A DNA stretch of 64,000 nucleotides. Source: Candidatus Magasanikiibacteriota bacterium (GTDB lineage: Bacteria > Patescibacteriota > Patescibacteriia > Magasanikbacterales > UBA922). The translations under genes were made by a program, and so were the position numbers. Positions 1-9,718 of this stretch are shown here, in pieces. The number at the start of each line of letters is the position of its first letter. Within the stretch, counting starts at the first letter, position 1. Under the pieces are notes generated by a model, which searched no databases, had not been told where the DNA came from, and saw only the letters and a list, made by a program, of their open reading frames with translations. The DNA lies in contig JBDGRL010000012.1 of assembly GCA_042218065.1 (NCBI GenBank), positions 4,244 to 68,243 of the forward strand. Reading direction: 5' to 3'.

Positions 1-1653
1 CCAGTTTAGATCTCGGCTGTCGGCACACAGATTCCAGCCTATGAACTTATGCATTTTTCTCTTTTCGTGTGTTGCCATAAATGTAAGGTGGTTGTTATTC
101 GATCCCACCGGTTTTACCGATTGTACTTCCAGCTCTTCTGCTAGGTACTTCGGCTTTCTGTTTCCTTTTCCAAAGGGTTTGAACTGTTGTAGTATATCAT
201 AAAGTTCCCAGTCTACGTGCTTCATTTTTATCTTTGAATCAATTACTATTTTTTTCTTTAGATCTTCCTTGTCGGTTTCTTGTTTGAATTTATCTATTAA
301 ATCTTCTTTGAAATCTTCAAGTGTATCGTTTTCAGATAAGGTAAAGCCGCAAGCCATAGGATGGCCCCCGAAAGTAGAGAAGTAATGGTCCATATCTTGA
401 AGTGCTTCTACTATATTAAACCCCTCTATGCTTCTGCCCGAGCCGGTGTATTCCCCTGATTTGTAGGTTACAGCTATTGTCGGCTTGTGATGTTTTTCCT
501 TTATCTTGCTGGCGATAAGCCCGGTAAGCCCCTTTTTCCAACCCTCGCCTCGGACAAATAGTAACGGCTGATCTTGTTGTTCTTCTATCTGCCTTTCGAC
601 TTCTTGCATATTTTCCTTTACCATCTGTTGTCGGTCTCTGTTATTTTGGTTTAGCTCATCAGCCAAATCTATCGCTTCTATCTCATCGTCCGTGACCATC
701 AGCCTGTAAGCTACATTGGCGTGGTTTATGCGTCCGGCTGCGTTTATCCTGGGGGCAATTTGGAAAGCTATAGTGCCGCTGTCTATCTCTTGTTTCATGT
801 TGCCGTCCTCTTCCATAATACTGGCTTCGAGCAATAGTTTTTGCAGACCTATTCTTTTGGTTTTATTTAGTACTATAAACCCGTGCTTGGTCAGTGTTCT
901 AGCTTCGCCTTTCAGCGGCACCATATCAGCTACATTGGCGATAGCTACGAGATCCAAAAGCCACTTCTCAAATCCCTCATGAGAGTGCTCACTTTCCAGT
1001 CTATCGTCTTGTTGTTTGTCTTTTCTTAGCAGACCTTGGGCTAGCTTGAAGGCTACTGCGCCGCCGCTTAGGGTCTGGTCCGGATAGTTTTCTTCTTCTA
1101 TCTTTGGGTGTAGAGTTGCAAAGGAGTCGGGGGTTTGCTCTGGAATGGAGTGGTGGTCGGTAATGATTACATCCATATCGTGTTCATTTGCGACTTCTAC
1201 CTCTTCTTTATCACTGATGCCACAATCGCAGGTGATGATAAGATCAACATTGTCATCTGCAAAAACCTCGATTGCACCTTTGTTTAGCCCGTATCCTTCT
1301 GTCTCGCGATTGGGTAGGTAGACATCCAGGTTTTCTGCTCCTAATGCTTCGAGTGTTTCATCTAGTATTGCAGCTGCGGAGACACCATCTGCATCATAGT
1401 CTCCGAATATCATTATGCTTTCATCTTCGTCTATAGCAGAGAAGATTCGCTCTACCGCGGTTTCCATCTCGCCAAATAAAAAAGGATCATGAATATCTTC
1501 GCTATAGTCGGGGTTTAAAAACTCATCTATTTCTTCTTGGCTGCGAATACCTCTGTGATAGAGAAGACGGGCTACCACTTCTGGTAGCTCAGGGTGTTCA
1601 TCGTAAAATTCTTGAGGAGGTTCATCTTTAAGTTCCCAAATTTTTTCAGACAT
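1..1653 (-). CDS. recJ: single-stranded-DNA-specific exonuclease RecJ (DHH/DHHA1 family); start codon at 1653, C-terminal part runs off the window start
   Basis: The reverse-strand frame is open from the ATG at 1653 to the window edge. My translation begins MSEKIWELKDEPP and contains the DHH-family motif (..VIITDHHS.. near position 1150). Length in the window is about 550 aa. It is not in the ORF track because it has no stop inside the window. Confidence 0.75.
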   Translation of the reverse strand, partial: MSEKIWELKDEPPQEFYDEHPELPEVVARLLYHRGIRSQEEIDEFLNPDYSEDIHDPFLFGEMETAVERIFSAIDEDESIMIFGDYDADGVSAAAILDETLEALGAENLDVYLPNRETEGYGLNKGAIEVFADDNVDLIITCDCGISDKEEVEVANEHDMDVIITDHHSIPEQTPDSFATLHPKIEEENYPDQTLSGGAVAFKLAQGLLRKDKQQDDRLESEHSHEGFEKWLLDLVAIANVADMVPLKGEARTLTKHGFIVLNKTKRIGLQKLLLEASIMEEDGNMKQEIDSGTIAFQIAPRINAAGRINHANVAYRLMVTDDEIEAIDLADELNQNNRDRQQMVKENMQEVERQIEEQQDQPLLFVRGEGWKKGLTGLIASKIKEKHHKPTIAVTYKSGEYTGSGRSIEGFNIVEALQDMDHYFSTFGGHPMACGFTLSENDTLEDFKEDLIDKFKQETDKEDLKKKIVIDSKIKMKHVDWELYDILQQFKPFGKGNRKPKYLAEELEVQSVKPVGSNNNHLTFMATHEKRKMHKFIGWNLCADSRDLNW

Positions 1654-1794
1654 AGCTGTTAATATCTAAGTGCCGGCAAGATAGTAAAGAAGAGCATACC
1701 GAGCACTCCTATGACCGTCATAATTATTGTGAGAATTCGTTTATTTTTCTTTTTCATAGAGATTTAGTTACAATTTGATTATATCTTAAAAATT

Positions 1795-3588
1795 TTATCG
1801 CTTCAACACGGACATATACGCCTCCTTGGGTATATCGACGCTGCCGTGCTGTTGCATTTTCTTTTTTTGTTCTTTTTGCCGCTCCAGCAGCTTTCTCTTT
1901 CTAGTCACATCACCGCCGTAGAGGTCTTCCGTGACATTTTTTCTTCTGGCGGATAGATGTTCGGCTGCCACTATATCACCACCTACTGCTGCTTGTATCT
2001 TAAGTTTAAACTGTTGTCGCGGCAGAGTATCCGCCAGAGATTCCACCACCTTTCTTCCAACTTGTTGAGCTTGGTCCTCCCATACCAGCAGTGATAGTGA
2101 GTCTACTTTTTCTTCTGCCACTAGTACATCCATTCGTACTACATCAGCTTCTCGGTACTCATCAAATTCATAGCTGAGGGATGCGTACCCTTTGGAGGCA
2201 GATTTTAGCTTATCGTAAAAGTCTGTAATCAGTGCAGCTAAAGGCATTTTATATGTCAGTATCACCCGTTGTGTATCATCAGTATTTAAATGCTCTCTAG
2301 TATGGTAGTTTCCTTTTTTATTTTCCAACAGTTGCATCACATCACCGATATATTTTTCCGGGGTCAGTATTTCTACATCCATCCAGGGTTCTTTAATGGT
2401 GTCAATTTTTGGTCTCTCCGGTAGGTCCTCAGGACTTTTGACATTTATCTGTTCACCGTCGGTTTTTGTGACTTTGTATTCCACCGAAGGGACTGTAGCA
2501 ACGATATTTAGATCGAACTCGCGCTCCAGACGTTCTTGGAAAATCTCTAAGTGCAGCATACCTAAAAAACCGCACCTAAAGCCATAACCCAAAGCAGGCG
2601 AGTGGTCCGGCCGATAAGTAAGTGCAGAGTCACTAAGCTTGAGCTTTTCTATTGCTTTTCTCAGATCTTTTGATTCATCGCCCTCTTGTGGAAAGATACC
2701 GGCAAAAACTCTTGGTTTTACTTCTTTGTACCCGGGTAGAGGCTTATCAACGGGACTTCCTTGATTAGTGATTGTGTCTCCGACTTGTACTTTGTTTATA
2801 TCTTTCAAATCGGTGACTAAGTATCCTATTTGTCCTGTTTCTAGCTTTTCTTTTTCTTGCATTTTAGGGGAGTGGTAACCAGCTGCCAGTACTTTTGTCT
2901 CAGCTCCTGAGCGCATTAGCTCAATCTCTTCGTCTGTTTCAGCTTGACCCTGCATAACTCGTACTGAGGCGACTACACCTCGGTAATCATCATAGTGAGA
3001 GTCAAAAATAAGCGCCTTCAGCTTGTCCGAGTCGGGGCTTATATCCGGCGGAGGTGTTCTATCTACTACAGCATCTAAAACCTCTTCTACACCTTCTCCT
3101 GTTTTGGCGGAGCAAGTTAAGATATCATCTATGTCACAGTTGAGAAGTTCAGCCAGCTCGATTTTTCGTTTGTCTAAATCAATATTATCCAAATCTATCT
3201 TGTTCAACACCGGTATGACCTCTAAGCCTTGCTCTTGGGCAAGGTACAGATTAGCGATAGTCTGGGCTTGGACGCCCTGAGAAGCATCGACCAGCAAGAT
3301 TACACTCTCTACAGCTGCAAGAGATCGGGACACTTCATAGTTAAAATCGACATGGCCCGGTGTGTCTATCAGGTTTAAGGTGTGGTCTCTGTATTTCATA
3401 CGGACAGGCTGCAGCTTGATAGTAATACCCCGTTCTTGTTCTAGATCCATAGTGTCTAGGTGCTGGTCCGACATTTCATCATCTCTGATGGTTTTGGTCA
3501 TCTCCAAAAATCGGTCTGCCAGAGTAGATTTGCCGTGATCTATGTGAGCTATTATTGAGAAGTTTTTTATTTTATTTTCTTTGCTCAT
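1795..3588 (-). CDS. lepA: elongation factor 4 (LepA), translational GTPase
   Basis: 597 aa. The N-terminus NFSIIAHIDHGKSTLADR is the classic LepA/EF-G family G1 motif and the length matches LepA. Confidence 0.93.
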   Translation of the reverse strand: MSKENKIKNFSIIAHIDHGKSTLADRFLEMTKTIRDDEMSDQHLDTMDLEQERGITIKLQPVRMKYRDHTLNLIDTPGHVDFNYEVSRSLAAVESVILLVDASQGVQAQTIANLYLAQEQGLEVIPVLNKIDLDNIDLDKRKIELAELLNCDIDDILTCSAKTGEGVEEVLDAVVDRTPPPDISPDSDKLKALIFDSHYDDYRGVVASVRVMQGQAETDEEIELMRSGAETKVLAAGYHSPKMQEKEKLETGQIGYLVTDLKDINKVQVGDTITNQGSPVDKPLPGYKEVKPRVFAGIFPQEGDESKDLRKAIEKLKLSDSALTYRPDHSPALGYGFRCGFLGMLHLEIFQERLEREFDLNIVATVPSVEYKVTKTDGEQINVKSPEDLPERPKIDTIKEPWMDVEILTPEKYIGDVMQLLENKKGNYHTREHLNTDDTQRVILTYKMPLAALITDFYDKLKSASKGYASLSYEFDEYREADVVRMDVLVAEEKVDSLSLLVWEDQAQQVGRKVVESLADTLPRQQFKLKIQAAVGGDIVAAEHLSARRKNVTEDLYGGDVTRKRKLLERQKEQKKKMQQHGSVDIPKEAYMSVLKR

Positions 3589-3670
3589 TTTTATTTGTTT
3601 GGCGGTTAGTTTAGCAATTTTTTGAATTTTAGTAAAGATAAGATTCTTGCGTATTTATAAGGTTTATTTT

Positions 3671-5284
3671 TTATATTTCATCCGGCTCGTCAACTTCTGC
3701 TTCAATGTCAGTCCAACTTAAGTATTTTCGCTTTGCGCTAGATTGTAGCTGTTGTAGCTCTTTCGTTTTTAGTAGATACGAGATTAGGATATAAACCATC
3801 AGTCCCAATCCTCCTAAAATTAGACCATAGAAGAAAGTGAGAATCATACCTTCAAAGTTTGTTAATCGATTAAGATAAGGTTCAGCTAGATACATTGTCA
3901 GCCACATGAAGATGCTAGCAGGTGTGATTTTAGCTATGAGCTTGAGGAGTTTGCTCTCGCGTATTGATCCTAATTTGTTTCTCAACAAAAGCCAAAGCAG
4001 TGCGAACTGGCATATCATAGAAATCGAAAACGCCATCGCTAGACCGCTGATCCCAAAGCTGTCCTTTAGCAACAGTGCGGCCACCAAATTTATAATCATT
4101 CCTATTGTTGCAACTACAAATGGACCCCATGTATCCTTCAGTGCAAAAAAGCCTCGGATAAGCACAGGGATCAAACTCTGAGCAAAGAGAGATACTGAAA
4201 AGAAGGCAAGTGCTGATGCGGTCTGCTTTATAGACTGCCGGTCAAATTTACCGGAACCAAAAACCACTTCTACTATCTCGACTCTAAGCAGAATAAAGAG
4301 AATTGTTATTGGTATGATCAAAAATAATACCTTTCGGATGGTGCTGACTAGAAGCTCAGTCATATCTTCCGCTTTTTCTTTTGCTATCAGCTCGGAGAGA
4401 GCAGGAAAAGAGGCAAGAGCAAATGAGTAACCTATAATTCCTACAGGAAAGTACTGTATATTTTTTGCAAAATTAAAGATAGTTAGGCTTCCTGCAGCCA
4501 AGGTTGAGGCGAGGATTGTCATAATCAAAAAATTCATCTGATTTGCTGCCAGACCCAGAGTTCTGGGGATCATCATTTTACCTATTTTTTTCAGATGCGG
4601 ATTGTGCCAGGGAAGAATAAATTTATACTCAAAACCGAGATGAAACAAAGTGGGAACTTGTATTGCTAGATGCAGGAAAGCGCCTAAAATTACACCCCAA
4701 GCAAGACCAATTTCTCCAAAGTGAGGAACGAAAAATAATGCTCCTGCGATAATCCCTAGGTTATACACTACAGGAGTAAAGGAGTAAACTATGAATGATT
4801 TAAATGACTGCAGTACACCGCTGGCGATGCTACTAAGCCCCAACAAGATTGGGCTTAAAAACATCACTCGGGTCATTTTTATTGTTAGATCTAATTTTTT
4901 TCCGCTATAACCCGGAACCACCCACTGCATTAATTGTGGGGTGAAGATGAATAAAATAGTACATATGACAATGAGTGATATTCCCAATATATTCAACACC
5001 CCGTTAGTGACCTTCCAGGCCTCGTCCGTATCATCTTCTAGAAGCTCTTTAAACACCGGGATAAAACCGGCAGATAAAGCTCCGACGACCAGCATATTAT
5101 ATACCAAATCCGGCACACGAAAGGCTGCAAAATAAGCATCCAAAGTATTCCCAGCTCCGAACTGGTGGGCAAAAATTTTATCCCGCGCTAAACCGATAAA
5201 ACGGGAGACTAAAGAAGCTGCCCCTACTGCAATAGCGGCTCCGGTAGTGCTTTTAATTTTACTTTTAATCAGTTTCTTTATCAT
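3671..5284 (-). CDS. murJ: lipid II flippase MurJ (MviN family) polytopic membrane protein
   Basis: 537 aa with about 14 predicted TM segments. The N-terminal region (..FGAGNTLDAYFAAFRVPD..) is typical of MurJ/MviN. Confidence 0.8.
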   Translation of the reverse strand: MIKKLIKSKIKSTTGAAIAVGAASLVSRFIGLARDKIFAHQFGAGNTLDAYFAAFRVPDLVYNMLVVGALSAGFIPVFKELLEDDTDEAWKVTNGVLNILGISLIVICTILFIFTPQLMQWVVPGYSGKKLDLTIKMTRVMFLSPILLGLSSIASGVLQSFKSFIVYSFTPVVYNLGIIAGALFFVPHFGEIGLAWGVILGAFLHLAIQVPTLFHLGFEYKFILPWHNPHLKKIGKMMIPRTLGLAANQMNFLIMTILASTLAAGSLTIFNFAKNIQYFPVGIIGYSFALASFPALSELIAKEKAEDMTELLVSTIRKVLFLIIPITILFILLRVEIVEVVFGSGKFDRQSIKQTASALAFFSVSLFAQSLIPVLIRGFFALKDTWGPFVVATIGMIINLVAALLLKDSFGISGLAMAFSISMICQFALLWLLLRNKLGSIRESKLLKLIAKITPASIFMWLTMYLAEPYLNRLTNFEGMILTFFYGLILGGLGLMVYILISYLLKTKELQQLQSSAKRKYLSWTDIEAEVDEPDEI

Positions 5285-5982
5285 TTATTCGGGATAACTA
5301 TATCCAGAGAACCAATCTCTGTGCCGGGTTGTTCCGGGTTGTTTTCCAGATACAGACTTCCCACTATCCCCCCCTTACTAAAGCCGATTTGTTTAATATC
5401 TTTTTTGTCAGCTGTGCTATTTACCGTAAAGCCGTTCTTTTTTAGCTCGGTAGTATAAAAATCTTTTACGAAGTCTGGCTCGGCTGATATATTTCTCCAT
5501 TCAATCACGATCTTGTTTTGCCTTTTTTTGGTCGGCTGATTCATTAAATAGAGAAACTCCGAAAATATATTCTTTTTCTCGGTCGAATCTTTTGCGTTCA
5601 GGTAGTTTTTAAGCTCAACCGGGGAGTCTTCTTGTAGTATCACGTGAGCAGAGACCAGGAAGAATTTAGGCACTATATCTGAGACTTTCGCTAGAAAGGT
5701 TTTGTTATTCTGAGAAGCCACTGCTATTCTGCTGATGCTGTCTTGTTCATATACCGGTACTCCTTCGGGTAGGCTTTTTGGTACTTTTTTTACCTCTTTT
5801 AGGTGTGGTGAAGAAGCAAATTTAATCAACCCCAAAAAGCTAATAATCAGTAGAATAATAAAGAAACAACCCTTACCGCAGCTTCTCTTTAGGCAAGAAC
5901 CTTTCTCTTCTAGCTCTTGTACTGCTGGCCCTTTTACCTGAACATCATTGTCTTCCTTGCGCATAGATATAGTTAAAAGCAA
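5281..5982 (-). CDS. hypothetical membrane-anchored protein (one TM, Cys-rich N-terminus)
   Basis: 233-aa ORF overlapping the murJ start by 4 nt (ATGA-type coupling). It has a single hydrophobic segment FFIILLIISFLGLI. No family recognised. Confidence 0.45.
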   Translation of the reverse strand: MLLTISMRKEDNDVQVKGPAVQELEEKGSCLKRSCGKGCFFIILLIISFLGLIKFASSPHLKEVKKVPKSLPEGVPVYEQDSISRIAVASQNNKTFLAKVSDIVPKFFLVSAHVILQEDSPVELKNYLNAKDSTEKKNIFSEFLYLMNQPTKKRQNKIVIEWRNISAEPDFVKDFYTTELKKNGFTVNSTADKKDIKQIGFSKGGIVGSLYLENNPEQPGTEIGSLDIVIPNK

Positions 5983-6111
5983 TAATTAGGATATCAGAAA
6001 TAGGGGTTATTGTACAGATCATCTCCTCCTTAATTACAACTGTATAATTAGACTTATTATTTCTTAGTTAGTTTGCTATACTTCAAATGATAAATAAATA
6101 AAATTAATTTT

Positions 6112-7473
6112 ATGCAGCTACAATTTTGCGGGGCCGCAAGAGAGGTCACGGGATCTTGTCATTTGTTGGAGACGGAAGATAAAAAGATCTTATTAGACTG
6201 CGGGATGTTCCAAGGTGGCAAATATGCAGATAAGAAAAACTGGGATGATTTCCCTTTTGAGCCTAAAGAGCTAGATGCAGTTTTAGTTAGTCACGCTCAC
6301 TTGGACCATGTAGGAAGACTGCCCAAGCTAGTCAAAGAGGGTTATTCGGGCCCGATCTATATGACCGAAGGCACTGTCGCGCTGACAAAGATCGTATTGG
6401 AGGATGCTCAAAAAATAATGGAGCACGATAAGGATCAAAAAGATGATCCTGTACTTTACAGTAAAGAGGATGTAAATAAAGTAATGGAGCTGGCCAAAGA
6501 CGTAGTATATGATAAGGAGGTTAGATTATTTGATGATATAACAGCTAGATGGAAAGATGCCGGTCATATTTTAGGCTCCGCTTTTATAGAAATTGAAGCT
6601 CAGGATAAGAATATAGTGTTCTCGGGTGATATCGGTAATACGGATGTGCCTATTCTCAGAGAAACCAGAGAGATGGGGGAGGTCGATGTATTAATTACAG
6701 AGTCTACCTATGGTGATGAAAAACATGAACCTAGAGATAAATCTACCGAGGTAATGCTTGATTTGATAAAAAAAGCCTGCAAAAACGATGGCACGATAAT
6801 GATCCCGGCTTTTTCAATAGAGAGGACACAAGAGCTGCTGTATGCACTACATCAAATTTCCGAACACTCAAACAATGATCTTTTGGACGGGCTGCCGGTA
6901 TATCTAGACAGCCCGATGGCGATCGATGTAACTGAGGTGTTTGAGGATTATCCTAAGTATTATGACGAAGAGGCTTATCAGCATTATGTAAAAGAGAATG
7001 ATATAATGGATTTGCCGAACTTAGAGTTTACTTATGATCGTAAAGCTTCCAAAAAAATAAACAGCAAACAACCGCCCAAACTGATCATTGCAGGTGCTGG
7101 TATGATGAACGGCGGTAGGATATTACACCATGCAATCAGGTATCTACCTGATCACGACTCTATTTTGCTTATAGTCGGTTATCAAGCTGAAGGAACTACT
7201 GGCAGGAGATTATATGAGGGTTGTGAAAAAATAGAAATATTCGGCAGTGAGGTAGAGGTTAATGCCCAGATAGAAGCGGTAGGCGGGATGTCTGCTCATG
7301 GAGATAAGAATAAGCTCTTAGATTGGATAGGAAGCGGGGAATCTGCGCCGGATAAGATGTATTGTGTACACGGTGAACCTAAATCGGCCACAAAGCTGGC
7401 ACATAGAGCAGAGGAGAAATATGATGGCATGGATGCTTTCGTGCCGGCTTATGGTGAGAAGGTGGAGGTATAA
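6112..7473 (+). CDS. MBL-fold beta-CASP family ribonuclease (RNA-metabolising metallo-beta-lactamase)
   Basis: 453 aa with an HAHLDHVGRLP (HxHxDH) metallo-beta-lactamase motif. Its length and downstream conserved D/H residues are consistent with beta-CASP/RMMBL enzymes. Confidence 0.7.
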   Translation: MQLQFCGAAREVTGSCHLLETEDKKILLDCGMFQGGKYADKKNWDDFPFEPKELDAVLVSHAHLDHVGRLPKLVKEGYSGPIYMTEGTVALTKIVLEDAQKIMEHDKDQKDDPVLYSKEDVNKVMELAKDVVYDKEVRLFDDITARWKDAGHILGSAFIEIEAQDKNIVFSGDIGNTDVPILRETREMGEVDVLITESTYGDEKHEPRDKSTEVMLDLIKKACKNDGTIMIPAFSIERTQELLYALHQISEHSNNDLLDGLPVYLDSPMAIDVTEVFEDYPKYYDEEAYQHYVKENDIMDLPNLEFTYDRKASKKINSKQPPKLIIAGAGMMNGGRILHHAIRYLPDHDSILLIVGYQAEGTTGRRLYEGCEKIEIFGSEVEVNAQIEAVGGMSAHGDKNKLLDWIGSGESAPDKMYCVHGEPKSATKLAHRAEEKYDGMDAFVPAYGEKVEV

Positions 7474-7526
7474 ATAAAAATGCACTCTGCAAATACAGAT
7501 TTTGTCATCAATAAAATTTAAGATTA

Positions 7527-9623
7527 ATGAGTAAAAAGTTCAACCTACAATCAGAATTCGATCCAGCTGGAGACCAACCTAAAGCTATTGAAAAGTTGAC
7601 TGAAGGAGTTGATGAGGGATATGACAAACAAACTTTACTTGGAGTCACCGGCTCCGGGAAAACATTTACTATGGCTAACGTGATAGAAAATGTACAGATG
7701 CCGACCTTGGTTATTGCTCACAACAAGACTCTGGCAGCTCAGCTGTGTAATGAGTTTAGAGAGTTTTTTCCCGATAATGCGGTGCAATATTTTGTTAGCT
7801 ATTATGACTATTATCAACCGGAAGCCTATGTGCCCGGCAGTGATACATATATTGAAAAAGAGGCACAGATAAATGATGAGATAGAGAGGCTTCGCCATGC
7901 TACTACTCAGTCTATCTTGACCAGAAAAGATGTGATTATTGTCGCTTCCGTCTCCGCTATCTATGGGTTGGGCTCACCTGACAAGTACGAAAAAACAGTT
8001 TTAAAGCTAAATAAAGGGCAAGAGCTGGATCGAAGGGGCATGATGGAGCATCTGGTGGAGATGCAGTTTGACCGCACCAAAGATAATCTTGAGCGAGGCA
8101 CCTTCAAGGTTCGGGGCAGGGTATTTGAGATTATGCCGATTCACAAGGAAAGGATTTATCGGTTTGAGATCTCAGATCAGATTGAGCGGATAGAGGTGAT
8201 AGATCCTGTGACACGCAATGTAATTGAGGAAGTCGAACAGGCATGGTTTTTTCCGGCGGAACACTATGTAACTTCTGAGAGCAACAGAGAACAGGCTATA
8301 AAACAGATTCAGCAAGAACTTCAGGAAAGATTGGAATATTTTGAAAAGCAGGATAAAATGCTGGAGTATGAACGACTAAAACGTAGAGTAAATCACGATA
8401 TTGAGATGATCAGAGAAGTCGGGTACTGCAATGGAATTGAAAATTATTCACGTTATTTTGATAATCGTGAGCCGGGAGAAGCCCCATTTACATTAATTGA
8501 TTATTTCAAACATACTCATGATAACTTTTTGACTATTATAGATGAATCCCATGTCACTATACCCCAGATTGGCGGCATGTACGCCGGAGACAAGTCAAGA
8601 AAGGAAACGCTGATTGAGCATGGATTCCGGCTGCCCTCGGCAAAAGATAACAGACCATTGAAGTTTTACGAGTTTGAGGAAAGAATAGAGCAGACGATAT
8701 TTACTTCCGCTACACCTGATGATTATGAACTGGAGGAGTCCGGCCAGGTAGTAGAGCAGATTGTTCGTCCGACCGGTTTGGTCGATCCAGAGGTGTTGGT
8801 GCGCCCTATTACACCTATAAGTCAGGATAAGAGCGGAAATATTCATCAAAATGAAGAGCTGTATACACAAGATGAGATTGCAAGCAAAGACAAATCTCAA
8901 GTAGATGATTTAATTGATAGAATTAAAGATCGGATTGAGTCCGACGAGCGAACACTGGTTACGACTTTAACCAAAAAAATGGCAGAAGACCTAACTGATC
9001 ATCTAAAGAAAGAAAATATCTCCGTGAAGTATCTACACAGTGATATCGATACATTGGATCGAGTAGATATTATTCATGATCTACGCAAGGGAAACATCGA
9101 CGTTATTGTGGGAGTTAATCTACTGCGTGAAGGGTTGGATATACCCGAGGTCTCTCTGGTAGCTATTTTAGATGCTGACAAAGAAGGGTTCTTGCGCAGT
9201 GAGACCACCTTGGTTCAAACTATGGGTAGAGCTGCCAGAAACGTCAATGGACAGGTAGTGCTTTATGCTGATGAGCTCACCGGATCACTTGAAAACGCCA
9301 TTGAAGAGACACAAAGAAGAAGAAAAATTCAGCTGGAGTACAATGAAAAACATGACATTACTCCTGAAACTATTGAAAAGAGAATCAAGAATATTTTAGA
9401 TGAGTTCGGTATTATTAGAAGAAACACATCGGGCAAGAAGGTACCTGATTCAGAAGAAACCCTGGACCTAGAGCTGAAGGGGGACGATAGGGATCTGGAG
9501 GAGATTATAAAAGAGAAAGAAGAAAAAATGGAGCAGGCGGCCGAAGATCTGGACTTTGAGACTGCTGCAGTACTTCGAGATGAGATTAAGGAACTCAGGA
9601 TGAGATTAAAAGCTGAAAGTTAA
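7527..9623 (+). CDS. uvrB: excinuclease ABC subunit B (UvrB)
   Basis: 698 aa with Walker A LLGVTGSGKTF, helicase motifs and a C-terminal UVR domain (ETAAVLRDEIKELRMRL). Confidence 0.95.
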   Translation: MSKKFNLQSEFDPAGDQPKAIEKLTEGVDEGYDKQTLLGVTGSGKTFTMANVIENVQMPTLVIAHNKTLAAQLCNEFREFFPDNAVQYFVSYYDYYQPEAYVPGSDTYIEKEAQINDEIERLRHATTQSILTRKDVIIVASVSAIYGLGSPDKYEKTVLKLNKGQELDRRGMMEHLVEMQFDRTKDNLERGTFKVRGRVFEIMPIHKERIYRFEISDQIERIEVIDPVTRNVIEEVEQAWFFPAEHYVTSESNREQAIKQIQQELQERLEYFEKQDKMLEYERLKRRVNHDIEMIREVGYCNGIENYSRYFDNREPGEAPFTLIDYFKHTHDNFLTIIDESHVTIPQIGGMYAGDKSRKETLIEHGFRLPSAKDNRPLKFYEFEERIEQTIFTSATPDDYELEESGQVVEQIVRPTGLVDPEVLVRPITPISQDKSGNIHQNEELYTQDEIASKDKSQVDDLIDRIKDRIESDERTLVTTLTKKMAEDLTDHLKKENISVKYLHSDIDTLDRVDIIHDLRKGNIDVIVGVNLLREGLDIPEVSLVAILDADKEGFLRSETTLVQTMGRAARNVNGQVVLYADELTGSLENAIEETQRRRKIQLEYNEKHDITPETIEKRIKNILDEFGIIRRNTSGKKVPDSEETLDLELKGDDRDLEEIIKEKEEKMEQAAEDLDFETAAVLRDEIKELRMRLKAES

Positions 9624-9718
9624 GCAAATAAAATTATAAAAATAGCTCTGATAAGCATAATGAAGGGCCCAATAAACCTCTTTGTTGTATTTGATATAAT
9701 TTTAAAAAGTTTTGAGCT

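Noticed and set aside
716-982. 88-aa plus-strand ORF
   Set aside because: It lies entirely inside, and antisense to, the recJ coding frame, and its low-complexity translation is typical of an antisense artefact.
3906-4181. Short ORFs inside murJ, lepA, uvrB, uvrA, GT and other genes (e.g. 2396..2587, 3023..3280, 3906..4181, 7635..7898, 14018..14272, 40531..41037, 52109..52559, 54078..54772, 57315..57644, 58312..58720)
   Set aside because: They are nested in or antisense to well-supported longer genes. The translations are low-complexity, with no independent start signals.
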